Origin: Acidobacteriota bacterium
GTDB lineage: Bacteria > Acidobacteriota > UBA890 > WLXD01
NCBI GenBank assembly: GCA_963666055.2
Contig: CAXWPH010000015.1
Span: 288,001-352,000, forward strand
Direction of reading: 5' to 3'
DNA: 64,000 bases
Positions 63,905-64,000 of the stretch are shown here, piece after piece. Every line of letters begins with the position of its first letter. The stretch's first letter is position 1. The translations under genes were made by a program, and so were the position numbers. The notes under the pieces are model-generated. The model searched no databases, had not been told where the DNA came from, and saw only the letters and a list, made by a program, of their open reading frames with translations.

Positions 63905-64000
63905 GGCCGCGCCGCTACCGGCTCCGCCGGACGGGCCAGAGTTGCCAGGATCGGTACTCTCCGACCCTCGGGTTATGAGCCCGACGAGCTTGCCGGAACT

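Overview
High-GC bacterial DNA, probably Acidobacteriota (inferred from the PadR-ADOP permease pair, Oar-like TonB receptor and tandem PD40/TPR Ser/Thr kinases). The window is a mosaic of accessory DNA with about 10 abrupt mid-gene junctions, so long-range synteny needs read-level checking. The most interesting part is a phosphonate locus at 1-12 kb: phosphonopyruvate decarboxylase, an Fe-ADH, a PepM-type NTP-transferase tail, and a gene run encoding a PhnA-like hydrolase, a two-repeat HTH-cupin enzyme with the 2-His-1-Gln motif of methylphosphonate synthase, and a cytidylyltransferase, next to surface-glycan genes. Also present: a transposase-free IS1595-type cassette (22-bp IRs, 8-bp TSD) with a passenger gene inside an IS3; a homocysteine-methyltransferase/class I methyltransferase fusion bracketed by a 162-bp diverged repeat; several IS3/IS256/IS1595 elements; phage and plasmid remnants; two M43 proteases; a type I-G CRISPR locus (25 repeats; intact cas4, cas1, cas2; broken cas3); and a kinase array punctuated by a recurring 105-bp junction. 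Family assignments come from motif recognition by eye; no database search was run.
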